From: a virus
Length of the DNA stretch: 45,929 nucleotides
Reading direction: 5' to 3' (one strand)
Virus record (IMG/VR): IMGVR_UViG_2894314779_000001
Coordinates: 1 to 45,929 of that record
This document shows positions 30,348 through 39,614 of this stretch, one piece after another. The first letter of the stretch is position 1. Every line of letters starts with the position of its first letter. The notes under the pieces are model-generated. The model had not been told where the DNA came from. It saw nothing but the letters and a program-made list of their open reading frames with translations, and made no database searches. The translations under genes and the position numbers were made by a program.

Positions 30348-30717
30348 CAACCCAGCCACGGGCCACACTTCCCTCCGGCCCGTACTTCGTCAGCAATTCA
30401 TAGCAGGCGCGTGGCTTGTTCGGTTTGTTTGGTTGTGAGTCAAGCTCAATGTAACGATTGATCCACTTGGAACGCGAAACGTCGTTCTCGACTATAAATC
30501 TGCCCTTCTGTGAGAAATCGAAGTCATCTGCACATAATTCGATGAGGAATGCTGCGTAAGCTACATGTTCAATTAAATCTCTGTCGCGTTTTTCTTTTGC
30601 CTCTATTTGCTCAGCTTCAGACTTATACCGCTGAATTTCGCTCTGACTGGACGCCGGAAGCGCGAAAAGCAGGCTGGAAATACATAGTAAGGCGGATCTG
30701 TTCACAGGATACCTCAT
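30328..30717 (-). CDS. Small secreted protein with a Sec signal peptide (129 aa), very AT-rich
   Basis: MRYPVNRSALLCISSLLFALPASSQSE signal sequence. Its start codon overlaps the tape measure start on the other strand. Confidence 0.7.
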   Translation of the reverse strand: MRYPVNRSALLCISSLLFALPASSQSEIQRYKSEAEQIEAKEKRDRDLIEHVAYAAFLIELCADDFDFSQKGRFIVENDVSRSKWINRYIELDSQPNKPNKPRACYELLTKYGPEGSVARGWVEKKGTP

Positions 30718-32677
30718 GGCCCAAGAACTTGAGACGTTGGTCGTTCGCCTCGAAGCCCAAATGCGGAGCTACGAGCGCGAGATGAATCGTGCCCGCACTG
30801 TAACAGCCAGGAACATGCGGGCAATCGAGAAGGATACCGTTACGTCGGGTCAAAAGTTCACGGCCATTATGACGAACGCTGGGCGGACGGCCGCGGCTGG
30901 TCTGGTTACTGGGCTCTCGGTCCTAGGGGCCGGTGGCCTTGTGGCAGGTTTAGGGTTCTCAGCCCTTGTGGATACCGCCCGGGCCGCAGCGGCTGAGCTG
31001 GCTAAAATTGGAGACGTCGCCGAAAAGGTTGGAGTCACCGCAGAGGCGCTCCAAGCTCTCCAGTTCGCGAGTGAACAGAACGCCGGCAGTGTGGAGGCGG
31101 TGAATTCAGGGCTAGTCCGCTTTGCAGCCGGGTTGGCTGACGCGAGCGCCGGAGGAGGGGAGCTTTACAAGATCCTCCAGGCCAACAATGTCGCCTTCAC
31201 AGATGCTAACGGAAGGCTGCTGCCGGTGCTTTCCCTGCTTGAGCAGTTTGCCGATCTAGTCAAGAACGCGCGAACCCCTCAGGAGCAGCTAGAACTGGCC
31301 GTCCGTGCCTTCGGGCGGGCAGCAGGCCCTGAGCTACTCGGGATGCTCAAACAAGGTTCAGCCGGGCTCCGGGAGATGATGCAGGAGGCGAAGGACTCCG
31401 GCGCGGTCCTCGAAAATGAGCTGATCGAAAAGGCGCGGCGTATTGATGATCAGTTTGCAAAGATCGCCCGAACAGTAGGGATGAATGTCAAGGGAGCGAT
31501 CGTTTCCGCCGCCGCGTCCTTGGGTGAGTTCGCTGCCCTTCTCGATAAGGTAAAGGGGTATCGAGAGAACCTGGGAGGGGCGAATGTGCCAAGCCCGGAA
31601 GAGTTCGGCTTGGATCAGCAGATCAAAACGATCCAGGGACTTCTTGCTCGGCAGAACGGGCGGCGTACGAGCATCACTGCAGATAAAGAAGCTGAACTCC
31701 GCGACCTCTTGGAATTGAGAAAGCAACGCGCTCTCAAGAACCTCCCCGCGCCACAGGTCCAGACGCAGCCCGCGCTCCCATCCCTGGTCGGCACTCAGCC
31801 GCCGCAGCCGGCAAAGCCGACTATCCTGCCGGCTTCCGGCGACGGCATGAGCAAGGCGCAGAAGGAGGCCGAGCGCCTGGCTGAGAGCTATCAGCAGATG
31901 GTGCTCGTCGCGAACCAGCGTATCGAGAACCTTCGCCTGGAACAGCAGACCCTAGGGCTGACGACCGCCGAAGCCGAGCGGTTGCGGTTCGAGCAGGATC
32001 TCTTGAACGATGCTCAGCGGGACGGGATCACCCTGACCGACGCTCAACGTGCGACGATCTCCCAACTTGCCGCCACCTATGGCACCCTGTCGGCTGCGCT
32101 TGAGACGGCGGAAGAAGCCCACGCCAAGCAGCAACAGATGATGCAGGACTTTCAGGGCATCGCCACGGAGAGCCTGCAGGGCATTGCTGCCGACATCATG
32201 GCCGGCGTGGACGCCGCGGAGGCGCTCGACAACGCCCTCAAGCGTGTCGCGGCCCGGCTCATTGACATGGCGCTGGATCAAGCCATCACGAGCCTGTTCA
32301 AGAACATGAACGGGGCGGGCGGGGGCAATTTCCTGTCGAGCATCGTCGGAGCGATCACAGGCCAGCGTGCTTCGGGCGGCTCGGTTCAATCGGGCGGCAC
32401 CTATCTTGTCGGTGAGAATGGCCCTGAGCTCCTGCGAATGGGCCGCAACGGCATGATCAAGCCAAACTCTGCTCTGGGGAAAGGGGCGGGCGGCGGAGGC
32501 CTTCAGGTCGTGGTCAACAACAACGCCAACACCCAGGTTTCCACACGTCAGACGCAAGGCCCGCAGGGGCCGCGCCTTGAGGTGCAGATCGACGAGATGG
32601 TCGCTGCCGCTCTCATGAGGGGGGCCAAGACCGGGGACGCTCTCAAGGCCATGCGGCGCAACCGGATGGGAGGCTGA
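30716..32677 (+). CDS. Tail tape measure protein
   Basis: 653 aa, Ala/Gly/Leu/Gln-rich and helical, with hydrophobic GLVTGLSVLGAGGLVAGLGF and the block AEALQALQFASEQNAGS. Canonical position. Confidence 0.9.
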   Translation: MAQELETLVVRLEAQMRSYEREMNRARTVTARNMRAIEKDTVTSGQKFTAIMTNAGRTAAAGLVTGLSVLGAGGLVAGLGFSALVDTARAAAAELAKIGDVAEKVGVTAEALQALQFASEQNAGSVEAVNSGLVRFAAGLADASAGGGELYKILQANNVAFTDANGRLLPVLSLLEQFADLVKNARTPQEQLELAVRAFGRAAGPELLGMLKQGSAGLREMMQEAKDSGAVLENELIEKARRIDDQFAKIARTVGMNVKGAIVSAAASLGEFAALLDKVKGYRENLGGANVPSPEEFGLDQQIKTIQGLLARQNGRRTSITADKEAELRDLLELRKQRALKNLPAPQVQTQPALPSLVGTQPPQPAKPTILPASGDGMSKAQKEAERLAESYQQMVLVANQRIENLRLEQQTLGLTTAEAERLRFEQDLLNDAQRDGITLTDAQRATISQLAATYGTLSAALETAEEAHAKQQQMMQDFQGIATESLQGIAADIMAGVDAAEALDNALKRVAARLIDMALDQAITSLFKNMNGAGGGNFLSSIVGAITGQRASGGSVQSGGTYLVGENGPELLRMGRNGMIKPNSALGKGAGGGGLQVVVNNNANTQVSTRQTQGPQGPRLEVQIDEMVAAALMRGAKTGDALKAMRRNRMGG

Positions 32678-32679
32678 GC

Positions 32680-33045
32680 ATGCCCCTGCCTGTCTGGCCA
32701 GCCTCAGTGCCGCACATGCCCCACACCCACAATATCCCGGAGCCCTTCCGAGGCGCTTTGGAAAGCGAGATGACGGCGGGCAACACCCGTTCCCGACGCA
32801 CGGCAACCGTTGTGATCGGGGTCGTGGACATGACCATCCGGATGACGACGGCTCAGTTCCAGACCTTCAAAGCCTTCGTGCGCGACACGCTCAGCCATGG
32901 AACCGCGGACTTCCAAATGCCGGTGTGGGACCTGACGGGCTGTCCTGTACGGAGGGTGAAGCTCCGCAACAAGGGACATTACACCCCCATGCGTGTGGGC
33001 TCCGAGATTGACGTCTCCTTCTCCCTCGACGTGTGGGATCTCTAA
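32680..33045 (+). CDS. Minor tail protein (lambda gpM position), hypothetical
   Basis: Track ORF immediately after the tape measure. Confidence 0.65.
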   Translation: MPLPVWPASVPHMPHTHNIPEPFRGALESEMTAGNTRSRRTATVVIGVVDMTIRMTTAQFQTFKAFVRDTLSHGTADFQMPVWDLTGCPVRRVKLRNKGHYTPMRVGSEIDVSFSLDVWDL

Positions 33046-33582
33046 GTGCCGATCTCCGCAACGCAAGCCTGGGCCGAGGCAGCCGCTTCCGCGCCCAAGG
33101 ATGAGGTCATGCTCGTCACCATCGAGCTGATCCATCCGGTCTTTGTCGAGAACGGGCAGCCGGCTCCGATCAGGGCGGTGAGGAACACGGTGGACATGAA
33201 CTTCCGGCTTGAGGCCGGGGCGCCGGTGGGCGGCGGGACGGTCGTACTCTTCAAGGCCATCCCTTTCGACATCGACTACCCCCGCATTGGCAGCCTCGGA
33301 GCAGAGGCCACCATCCGGCTCGACAACGTGAACCGGGAGACCTCCCGCTATCTCCACGAGGCGGTGAAGATGAACACGCCCATCCAGGCGATCTTCCGGG
33401 GCTATCTGGCTTCCGACCCCAACACAGTCGGGCAGGGGCCCTACAAGCTGATCCTGCGCTCTGTGAAGCGCAAGGGCAGCATTCTTGAGGGGCAGCTTGC
33501 CATTGCCCGCCCCCAGAACATGCGCGTTATGCGCGAGGTCTACGACATGGTTCGGTTCCCGTCATTGCTGCAGGCGTCGTGA
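33046..33582 (+). CDS. DUF1833-type minor tail protein (lambda gpL position)
   Basis: MLVTIELIHPVF ... FKAIPFDIDYPRIG ... ATIRLDNVNRETSRYL fits DUF1833. GTG start. Confidence 0.7.
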   Translation: MPISATQAWAEAAASAPKDEVMLVTIELIHPVFVENGQPAPIRAVRNTVDMNFRLEAGAPVGGGTVVLFKAIPFDIDYPRIGSLGAEATIRLDNVNRETSRYLHEAVKMNTPIQAIFRGYLASDPNTVGQGPYKLILRSVKRKGSILEGQLAIARPQNMRVMREVYDMVRFPSLLQAS

Positions 33583-33998
33583 TGGATCGTCTCGCCTTCT
33601 ATGAGAGCCTGATCGGCAAGCCCTACAGGATCGGGGCGAACGGCGAAGATGGTTCTTTCGATTGTTATGGGCTGGCCCAATATATCCAACGAGAGCTAGC
33701 GGGCGTTCAATTGCCAGATGTGGACGCGCGGCCAGCAACAACACGGCAGCAAGCAGAAGCCCTCCTTGATCATCCGGAGCGCAATAATTGGGTTCAGATA
33801 GAAGAGCCAGAAGACTTGTGCTTAGTATTAATGGGGAATGTAGCCAAGAGAGATTTTCATCTTGGGACATATGTAGTACCATCAACAGTAGGTGGAGTGC
33901 TTCATATTAGCAAAGAGGCTGGTGTTGTATTTGATGATATGCCCGCACTCAAAGCCTCTGGCTGGAACTACATGAAGTTTTACAAGAGGGTCTCGTGA
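33582..33998 (+). CDS. NlpC/P60-family tail peptidase (lambda gpK / GTA g14 analogue)
   Basis: GKPYRIGANGEDGSFDCYGLAQYI (catalytic Cys context) ... DFHLGTYV (His). Noticeably AT-richer than the neighbouring tail genes. Confidence 0.75.
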   Translation: MDRLAFYESLIGKPYRIGANGEDGSFDCYGLAQYIQRELAGVQLPDVDARPATTRQQAEALLDHPERNNWVQIEEPEDLCLVLMGNVAKRDFHLGTYVVPSTVGGVLHISKEAGVVFDDMPALKASGWNYMKFYKRVS

Positions 33999-34510
33999 AC
34001 CATCGGGGCGAGAATGTATCTGCCATCACGGCCGATCTCTTGCGGTCGGAGTTTCACTACGACCCTGAAACTGGAATATTCACCAACCGGGTCTTGCGCC
34101 GATCCGCCAAGCCCGGCGACAGGGCTGGCACTATGAAGCCGAATGGATATCGGCGCATCGGTATCCAGAAGCGCTATTACTATGAGCATCGCCTCGCATG
34201 GCTCTATATGACCGGATCGTGGCCAGACGGCGAGATTGATCATGCCAATGGCGATCCATCGGATAATCGCTGGTGTAATCTTCGTCAGGCTACACGCTCA
34301 CAGCAGGGTGCCAATCGCCCTATTCAGAAGAATAACACTACTGGGTTAAAGGGCGTCCAGTGGCACAAGGTGCGCAAGCGTTGGATGGCCTCTATCAGCG
34401 TCAACAAGAAGGCGATCTGCCTCGGCTTCTTTGATACTCGCGAAGCTGCCTACGAAGCCTACTGCACGGCGTCAGATAAATTCTACGGGCCTTACGCCAG
34501 AGTCGCATAA
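33995..34510 (+). CDS. HNH (HNH_3) plus AP2-domain homing endonuclease inserted in the tail module
   Basis: YEHRLAWLYMTGSWPDGEIDHANGDPSDNRWCNLRQAT, then GLKGVQWHKVRKRWMASISVNKKAICLGFFDTREAAYEAY (AP2-like). GTG start overlaps the upstream stop. AT-rich. Confidence 0.85.
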   Translation: MNHRGENVSAITADLLRSEFHYDPETGIFTNRVLRRSAKPGDRAGTMKPNGYRRIGIQKRYYYEHRLAWLYMTGSWPDGEIDHANGDPSDNRWCNLRQATRSQQGANRPIQKNNTTGLKGVQWHKVRKRWMASISVNKKAICLGFFDTREAAYEAYCTASDKFYGPYARVA

Positions 34511-34512
34511 CA

Positions 34513-37500
34513 ATGAAACTAGCGGTTAAGCACTCGCTCCTGGTCTTCGACCCGGAGCGCGACGACGTTCGCCAGGTCGAGAGCGGCCTCGTGCTCCCCA
34601 TTGCCGAGCACAAGACCCGCAAGCGCAAGCCCACCATCGAGCAGGTTCTCGCTGAGACCGGCTGGCGGTTCGACCTGCCGACCGTCTGCAAGGTCAACGG
34701 TGTCTATTACAGCCGCACCGAATGGGCCACGCACCGGCTCGCCGCCAATGATAACGTCGAGTTCCTGTCCCGTCCGCTTGGCGGGTCGAGCGGCGGCGGC
34801 TCCTCGGCCAAGAGCATCGGTGCGATCGTCGCCATGGTGGCGCTGACGGCGCTGGCCCCCTATGCGGCGGGCGCGATCTTCGGCGCCGGCACCATGATGG
34901 CATCGGTCGCCTCCTCCCTGCTCATCGCAGGCGGGGCGATGGCGATCAGCCACTTCCTCAAGCCCAAGGCAGGCGGGCAGACGGCCGAGAAGGACGAGAT
35001 CTACTCCTTCGGCTTCGGCGGCAACCAGGCTCGCCCGCTGCAGCCCATCCCGGTCGGCTATGGCCGCACCCTGTCCTTCCCGGACTTCGCCGCGCCGAAA
35101 TACTCCGAGTTCGACGGCGACAACATGACGGAGTACGCGCTCCTCTGCCTCGGCTGCGGCAAGTACGACATCGAGGAGCTGCGCATCGCCGATACCCGGA
35201 TCTGGACGAAGGCCAACGGCTACAACGCCTCCTTCCCGGGCATCAAGATCGAGATCGTCAACCCGGGGGAGAAGGTCAACCTCTTCCCGGTCAACGTGGT
35301 CACGGCCTCCGAGGTCTCGGGCATCGATCTTTCCACGAGCTTCTCGCCCGGGTTCACCGCCAATGCGGCCGGCACCGAGGCCAAGGAGCTTCTGTTCGAC
35401 TTCATCTTCCCGTCCGGCTGCTTCTTCTCCTGGAAGGGCGAAACCCGCGTGTGGACGGTGGGTGTCGAGGTGCAGGCCCGCCCGGTCAATGCTGCCGGAG
35501 CTCCGACCGGCCCCTGGAACACGGTCTGGACCAAGGATTACAGCTTCAACAAGCAGTCGCAGATCCGCATGACCGAGCGGATCGAGGTGGCGAACGGCCG
35601 CTACGAGGTTCGGGTGCGGCGCACGAACCTGCCCATCAGCGAACTGGAGCAGGACTCCCGCCTCGGGGGCGCCGATCAGCTCGTCTGGTCCGCTCTGCGG
35701 GCGCACATCGATGGCCCCAACACCTTCCCGCGCGTGACCTGCATCGCCATCCGCGCCAAGGCGAACGAGGCGCTCCAGGGCATCATGAATGGGCAGGTGG
35801 GGGTGATTGCCACCCGCAAGATCCCGGTCTGGAACGGAACGGGCTTCGTCGAGCAGGCCTCCCGCTCGATTGCATGGGCGGCCCTCGATATCTGGCGCAA
35901 TGCCGACTACGGCGCCGGGCTCTCCCTCGATCAGGTCGATTTCCAGTCGTTCTATGCCTACGACCAGCTCTGGACTTCGCTCGGCCACACCTTCGATCAC
36001 GTCTTCAAGGAGCCGCAGACCCTCGACGACGCGCTCGAGACGATCATGAAGGCGGGGCGGGCGATGCCGGCACCGGTGGGCGACCGCCTGACCATCGTCC
36101 GCGACGAGCCCCGCGGCATCCCGCGCATGATGTTCACCGATTACGACATCGTGCGGGACAGCCTGGAGATCAGCTACGAGCTGGCGAACGACGATTTTGC
36201 CGATGGCATCGTGGGCGAGTACATCGACCAGACCACCTTCAAGCCGGCCGAAGTCTCGTCCGCCCCGGATGGGGTGACGCTTGCCAAGCCCGCACGAGTT
36301 CAGCTTCCCGGCGTGACCAAGCGCAGCCAGGCGGCGGGTCTGGTGCGCTTCATGGCCGGCGAGAACCAGCACCGCCGCATCATGGTCTCCTGGACGGCCC
36401 GGGCGGAAGGCCGCCTGCTCAAGCGCGGCGATCTGGTTCTGCTGTCCTGCGAGGAGCCGGAGACCTGGGGACAGTCGGCAGAGATCGTCAGCTACAACAA
36501 TGCCACCCGGCAGATCACCTTCGATCACGACCTCGATTGGGACGAGACCGCGACCAACCATTACATCGAGGTCAGACGCCGGGACGGTCAGCCCTGGGGG
36601 CCGGTGCGCGTCACGCGTGGCACCTCAGACCGCATTGCCACCGTGAACGCCGCCGACATGGCGACGGAGGCGACCCGGCAGGGCATGACGCTCGCCGATG
36701 CCGTCGCCCGCTCGGATCTGGCCGACCGTCCGACTGCCGCCTTTTCCCCTGGGCAGCCTCGCACATTCCGCGTGCTCATCACCGAGGGCACTCCCGACAC
36801 GGACGGGGAGCACATCACCCTGACCGGCGTGGTGGACGATCCTGCGGTCTATGCCGTGGTCGAGACCGGCGTCACGCCGCTGCCGACCATCCCGGACGTG
36901 TTCTCGTCCTCCCTGCCGGTGGTGACGACGCTCGCGGCCCAGGTCTACCAGCGGCACATGAACCTCGTCCTGCAGGCGGGCTGGCAGCCGGCCAAGGGAG
37001 CTCTGACCTATGTTGCCGATGTCTCCTACGACAACGGGCAGACCTGGGTCCGGGCCTACAGCGGCGACAAGACCACGTTCGAGGCAACCGTCGCCGGGGC
37101 GCAGACGATCCGGGTGCGGGTGGCGGGCGTCACCTCGAGCAACGTGGTCGGGGCCTACAGCATCGTCATCGTCAATCCGCCGCCGCTGGTGCTGTCCAAC
37201 GACTTCTTCATCATGAAGGTCCAGCCCGACGATCTCGTGCCAGCGCTTAGCCGGGATCTGGAAAGCCTAGGCCTTCTCGACAGCATCGCGGACTTGGGCG
37301 GCGAGGCCCGGGTCGTAGCCGAAGAGGCGGACGAGCGGGCAAGGGCTGCCATTCTTCAGGTGGCCGAGGTCGAGGTCACGGCCGAGAAGGCGCTCGCCAT
37401 CTTCGGCACCGATGTCGTGGCCGAATACGACAACAACGCCATTACGGTCGGGGAGCGCTTCACGGCCGTTGCCGACGTGACGGGGCAACTCATCGGCGCA

Positions 37501-37863
37501 TGGAAGGTCACAATCGGGGCCAATGGCTACTTCACCGGCCTGCAGTTGGTCGGGGCCAGCGGCCCGGGCGGCTTCCAGAGCGAATTGAAGATCGCGGTTG
37601 ACAAGCTCCTGGTCGGTGCCCCTGATAGCGGCTTCGGTGCCGAGGCTGTCTTCTCCATTGGCACGCGCAATGGGGTCGGGCGCATGGTCCTGCGTGGCGA
37701 TTTCCTCGCAGACGGCTCGATCAACGCCAATCAGATCAACGTGCTCAGCCTGTCGGCTATCACCGCCAACATCGGCACCGTCTCGTCAAGCGCAAGCTAC
37801 ACGACGGGCGGCTTCCTGATCGACGGCCCGAACCAGCGCTTCGAGATCTGGGACAACACCTGA
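34513..37863 (+). CDS. Host specificity / central tail fibre protein (lambda gpJ, GTA g15 analogue) with a gpI-like N-terminal segment
   Basis: 1116 aa. N-terminal roughly 150 aa has the gpI-like layout (VEFLSRPLGGSSGGGSSAKSIGAIVAMVALTALAPYAAG), followed by a J-like body. Confidence 0.9.
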   Translation: MKLAVKHSLLVFDPERDDVRQVESGLVLPIAEHKTRKRKPTIEQVLAETGWRFDLPTVCKVNGVYYSRTEWATHRLAANDNVEFLSRPLGGSSGGGSSAKSIGAIVAMVALTALAPYAAGAIFGAGTMMASVASSLLIAGGAMAISHFLKPKAGGQTAEKDEIYSFGFGGNQARPLQPIPVGYGRTLSFPDFAAPKYSEFDGDNMTEYALLCLGCGKYDIEELRIADTRIWTKANGYNASFPGIKIEIVNPGEKVNLFPVNVVTASEVSGIDLSTSFSPGFTANAAGTEAKELLFDFIFPSGCFFSWKGETRVWTVGVEVQARPVNAAGAPTGPWNTVWTKDYSFNKQSQIRMTERIEVANGRYEVRVRRTNLPISELEQDSRLGGADQLVWSALRAHIDGPNTFPRVTCIAIRAKANEALQGIMNGQVGVIATRKIPVWNGTGFVEQASRSIAWAALDIWRNADYGAGLSLDQVDFQSFYAYDQLWTSLGHTFDHVFKEPQTLDDALETIMKAGRAMPAPVGDRLTIVRDEPRGIPRMMFTDYDIVRDSLEISYELANDDFADGIVGEYIDQTTFKPAEVSSAPDGVTLAKPARVQLPGVTKRSQAAGLVRFMAGENQHRRIMVSWTARAEGRLLKRGDLVLLSCEEPETWGQSAEIVSYNNATRQITFDHDLDWDETATNHYIEVRRRDGQPWGPVRVTRGTSDRIATVNAADMATEATRQGMTLADAVARSDLADRPTAAFSPGQPRTFRVLITEGTPDTDGEHITLTGVVDDPAVYAVVETGVTPLPTIPDVFSSSLPVVTTLAAQVYQRHMNLVLQAGWQPAKGALTYVADVSYDNGQTWVRAYSGDKTTFEATVAGAQTIRVRVAGVTSSNVVGAYSIVIVNPPPLVLSNDFFIMKVQPDDLVPALSRDLESLGLLDSIADLGGEARVVAEEADERARAAILQVAEVEVTAEKALAIFGTDVVAEYDNNAITVGERFTAVADVTGQLIGAWKVTIGANGYFTGLQLVGASGPGGFQSELKIAVDKLLVGAPDSGFGAEAVFSIGTRNGVGRMVLRGDFLADGSINANQINVLSLSAITANIGTVSSSASYTTGGFLIDGPNQRFEIWDNT

Positions 37864-38294
37864 TGGCCCGCCGCGTGGTCATGGGCCGGATGCCCGATGG
37901 GACGTTCGACCTGCGCATCTCGCGCCGGGGCGTCGATGCGCTGGCGGCGGACGTGAACGACAGCCGGCAGATCAGCTTCTCGGCTCAGCGCGCCGCCCGG
38001 GCCAAGGTGGGCGCGGCAGGGCAGATATCGAGCCTCAACACATGGGTCAGCTTCGGCAAGACCTTCGCCGATCCGCCCCCGACGCTCGCCGCCGTCAAGA
38101 TCAACGGCCGGGTGATCTTCAATCATTACGAGTATCTGCCCCATCCCACGGAAGCCAACGCCGTTTTCCATGGGACGCCGTATTGCCTCGTGGTCCAGAC
38201 CGCCCGGGTCAAGGCCATTCAGGCGGTCAGCTGGGGCAACCACGCCTTCTCGGCAGGCGACAAGTATCTCTTCTACACCCTCTCGCAGGACTGA
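37863..38294 (+). CDS. Tail-associated paralogue 1 (143 aa)
   Basis: N-terminus MARRVVMGRMPDGTFDLRISRRGVDALAA is shared with the next two genes. Confidence 0.7.
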   Translation: MARRVVMGRMPDGTFDLRISRRGVDALAADVNDSRQISFSAQRAARAKVGAAGQISSLNTWVSFGKTFADPPPTLAAVKINGRVIFNHYEYLPHPTEANAVFHGTPYCLVVQTARVKAIQAVSWGNHAFSAGDKYLFYTLSQD

Positions 38295-38295
38295 C

Positions 38296-38676
38296 ATGGC
38301 AAGGCGGATGGTTCTGGGCCGGCGCGGCGCCGTGTTCGGCCTGTGGGTGTCGAAGCCTGCCAACGATGCGCTGAGTGCGACGGACTCGCAGCTGCTGTTC
38401 ACCATGACGGAACGGGCCGGGATGGTGCTCGCTTCGGGCACTGTCACCGTACCGTCCGGGGGGAACGCCGTTCGCGTGGCCTTCCCCGACACCTATCCTT
38501 CGACGCCACTGGTTTTCGCAGGCTCGCTCACACACTACCCGCGTAGGTTGCCGGTGAGTACCGACGCGGACCCATCGGGCTTCTATCTCCGAGCGATCCG
38601 CGACGAACATTTCCTCACCTATCCTGCTGAGGGCACCACCGCCCGCTGGTTCGCGATCATGAAGACGGAGACCTAG
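38296..38676 (+). CDS. Tail-associated paralogue 2 (126 aa)
   Basis: MARRMVLGRRGAVFGLWVSKPANDALSA. Start at the internal Met of the track ORF, 2 nt after the previous stop. Confidence 0.7.
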   Translation: MARRMVLGRRGAVFGLWVSKPANDALSATDSQLLFTMTERAGMVLASGTVTVPSGGNAVRVAFPDTYPSTPLVFAGSLTHYPRRLPVSTDADPSGFYLRAIRDEHFLTYPAEGTTARWFAIMKTET

Positions 38677-38679
38677 CCC

Positions 38680-39195
38680 GTGGCAAGACGCATCATTCTG
38701 GGCAAGCATGGGGCGGGATACCGCTTCAGGGTCTCGGAGCCGGGTGTCGATGCAGCCGCCGCATCGCTCGATCAGATCATCTTCGATGCCGACAATATCC
38801 CGGCGCGGGTGGCGGCGACAGGCGTGCGTACTGTGGGGGCGGCGGCGCAGCCCAGCGTTCCGACCGTGGCTACGATCTCCCATGGGGTCGATCCGTCTCT
38901 TTGCATCGGAGTGGCGGAATCGACTTACCAGACAACCGGGTTCGAATACCAGGACGGGACATGGTTCATTCGCGCACAGCATCCCGACGTGAACAGCGGG
39001 AACCCGTACTCGCAGTACAACGGCGTTTCCGCGATGGTCGGCGAATGGGTGACGCCGTTTCTGTTCGAAGGCGATACCAGCGAGGGCGGCGTTCAAAGCT
39101 GCGGCTGGAGCATCGCCTGGACCTCGTCCTCGCTCACGATCCGCAACTACTCCGCCAACGGCATCCGGGTTCGCTGGGCAGCTTTGGAGTTCTGA
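38680..39195 (+). CDS. Tail-associated paralogue 3 (171 aa)
   Basis: MARRIILGKHGAGYRFRVSEPGVDAAAA. GTG start. Confidence 0.7.
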   Translation: MARRIILGKHGAGYRFRVSEPGVDAAAASLDQIIFDADNIPARVAATGVRTVGAAAQPSVPTVATISHGVDPSLCIGVAESTYQTTGFEYQDGTWFIRAQHPDVNSGNPYSQYNGVSAMVGEWVTPFLFEGDTSEGGVQSCGWSIAWTSSSLTIRNYSANGIRVRWAALEF

Positions 39196-39612
39196 ATGAT
39201 CCTCTATACCGATGAACAGGGCCGCTACCTCGGCCATCTCGATCAGGTCTATCCGGCGCCTCCGGGCGTGCTGGAGAAGGTGAGGGCGGAGCAGGAGGGG
39301 AAGGCCTGGGACATCCCGCCGTGGAACGAATCGTTCTGGTACTTCCCGGACGGCGTGCCGACCATCCGGCCCAAGCTCGATTACACCGTCACCGAGACCC
39401 GGGAAGGAGAGGACACGGTTGCGGTGATCTCGGGCATCCCGGCCGGTGTGACGGTCAACGTGCACGGCCCGGAAGGCGGGCAGTCGGTCGAAGCGGATGG
39501 CGAGAACCTGGAACTCGTGCTGCGCATCGCAGGGCAGTATGCCGTGACCTTCGACCCGTTCCCATACCAGCCGGTCTCGATCCTGATCGAGGCCAAGCGG
39601 CGGGAGGGCTGA
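39196..39612 (+). CDS. Hypothetical tail-module protein (138 aa)
   Basis: Track ORF that starts directly after the previous stop. Confidence 0.65.
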   Translation: MILYTDEQGRYLGHLDQVYPAPPGVLEKVRAEQEGKAWDIPPWNESFWYFPDGVPTIRPKLDYTVTETREGEDTVAVISGIPAGVTVNVHGPEGGQSVEADGENLELVLRIAGQYAVTFDPFPYQPVSILIEAKRREG

Positions 39613-39614
39613 GC

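Noticed and set aside
31952-32806. 284-aa minus-strand ORF opposite the end of the tape measure gene
   Set aside because: It is a shadow ORF with a Gly/Arg/Pro/Ala-rich product that conflicts with the tape measure gene and the next tail gene.
34519-36561. 680-aa minus-strand ORF, plus the 599-aa plus-strand ORF at 35451-37250, both inside the host-specificity gene
   Set aside because: Their products are Arg/Gly/Pro/Ala-rich and low-complexity, typical of off-frame or antisense shadow ORFs in high-GC DNA. The in-frame 1116-aa gene has clear tail-protein character and correct operon context.
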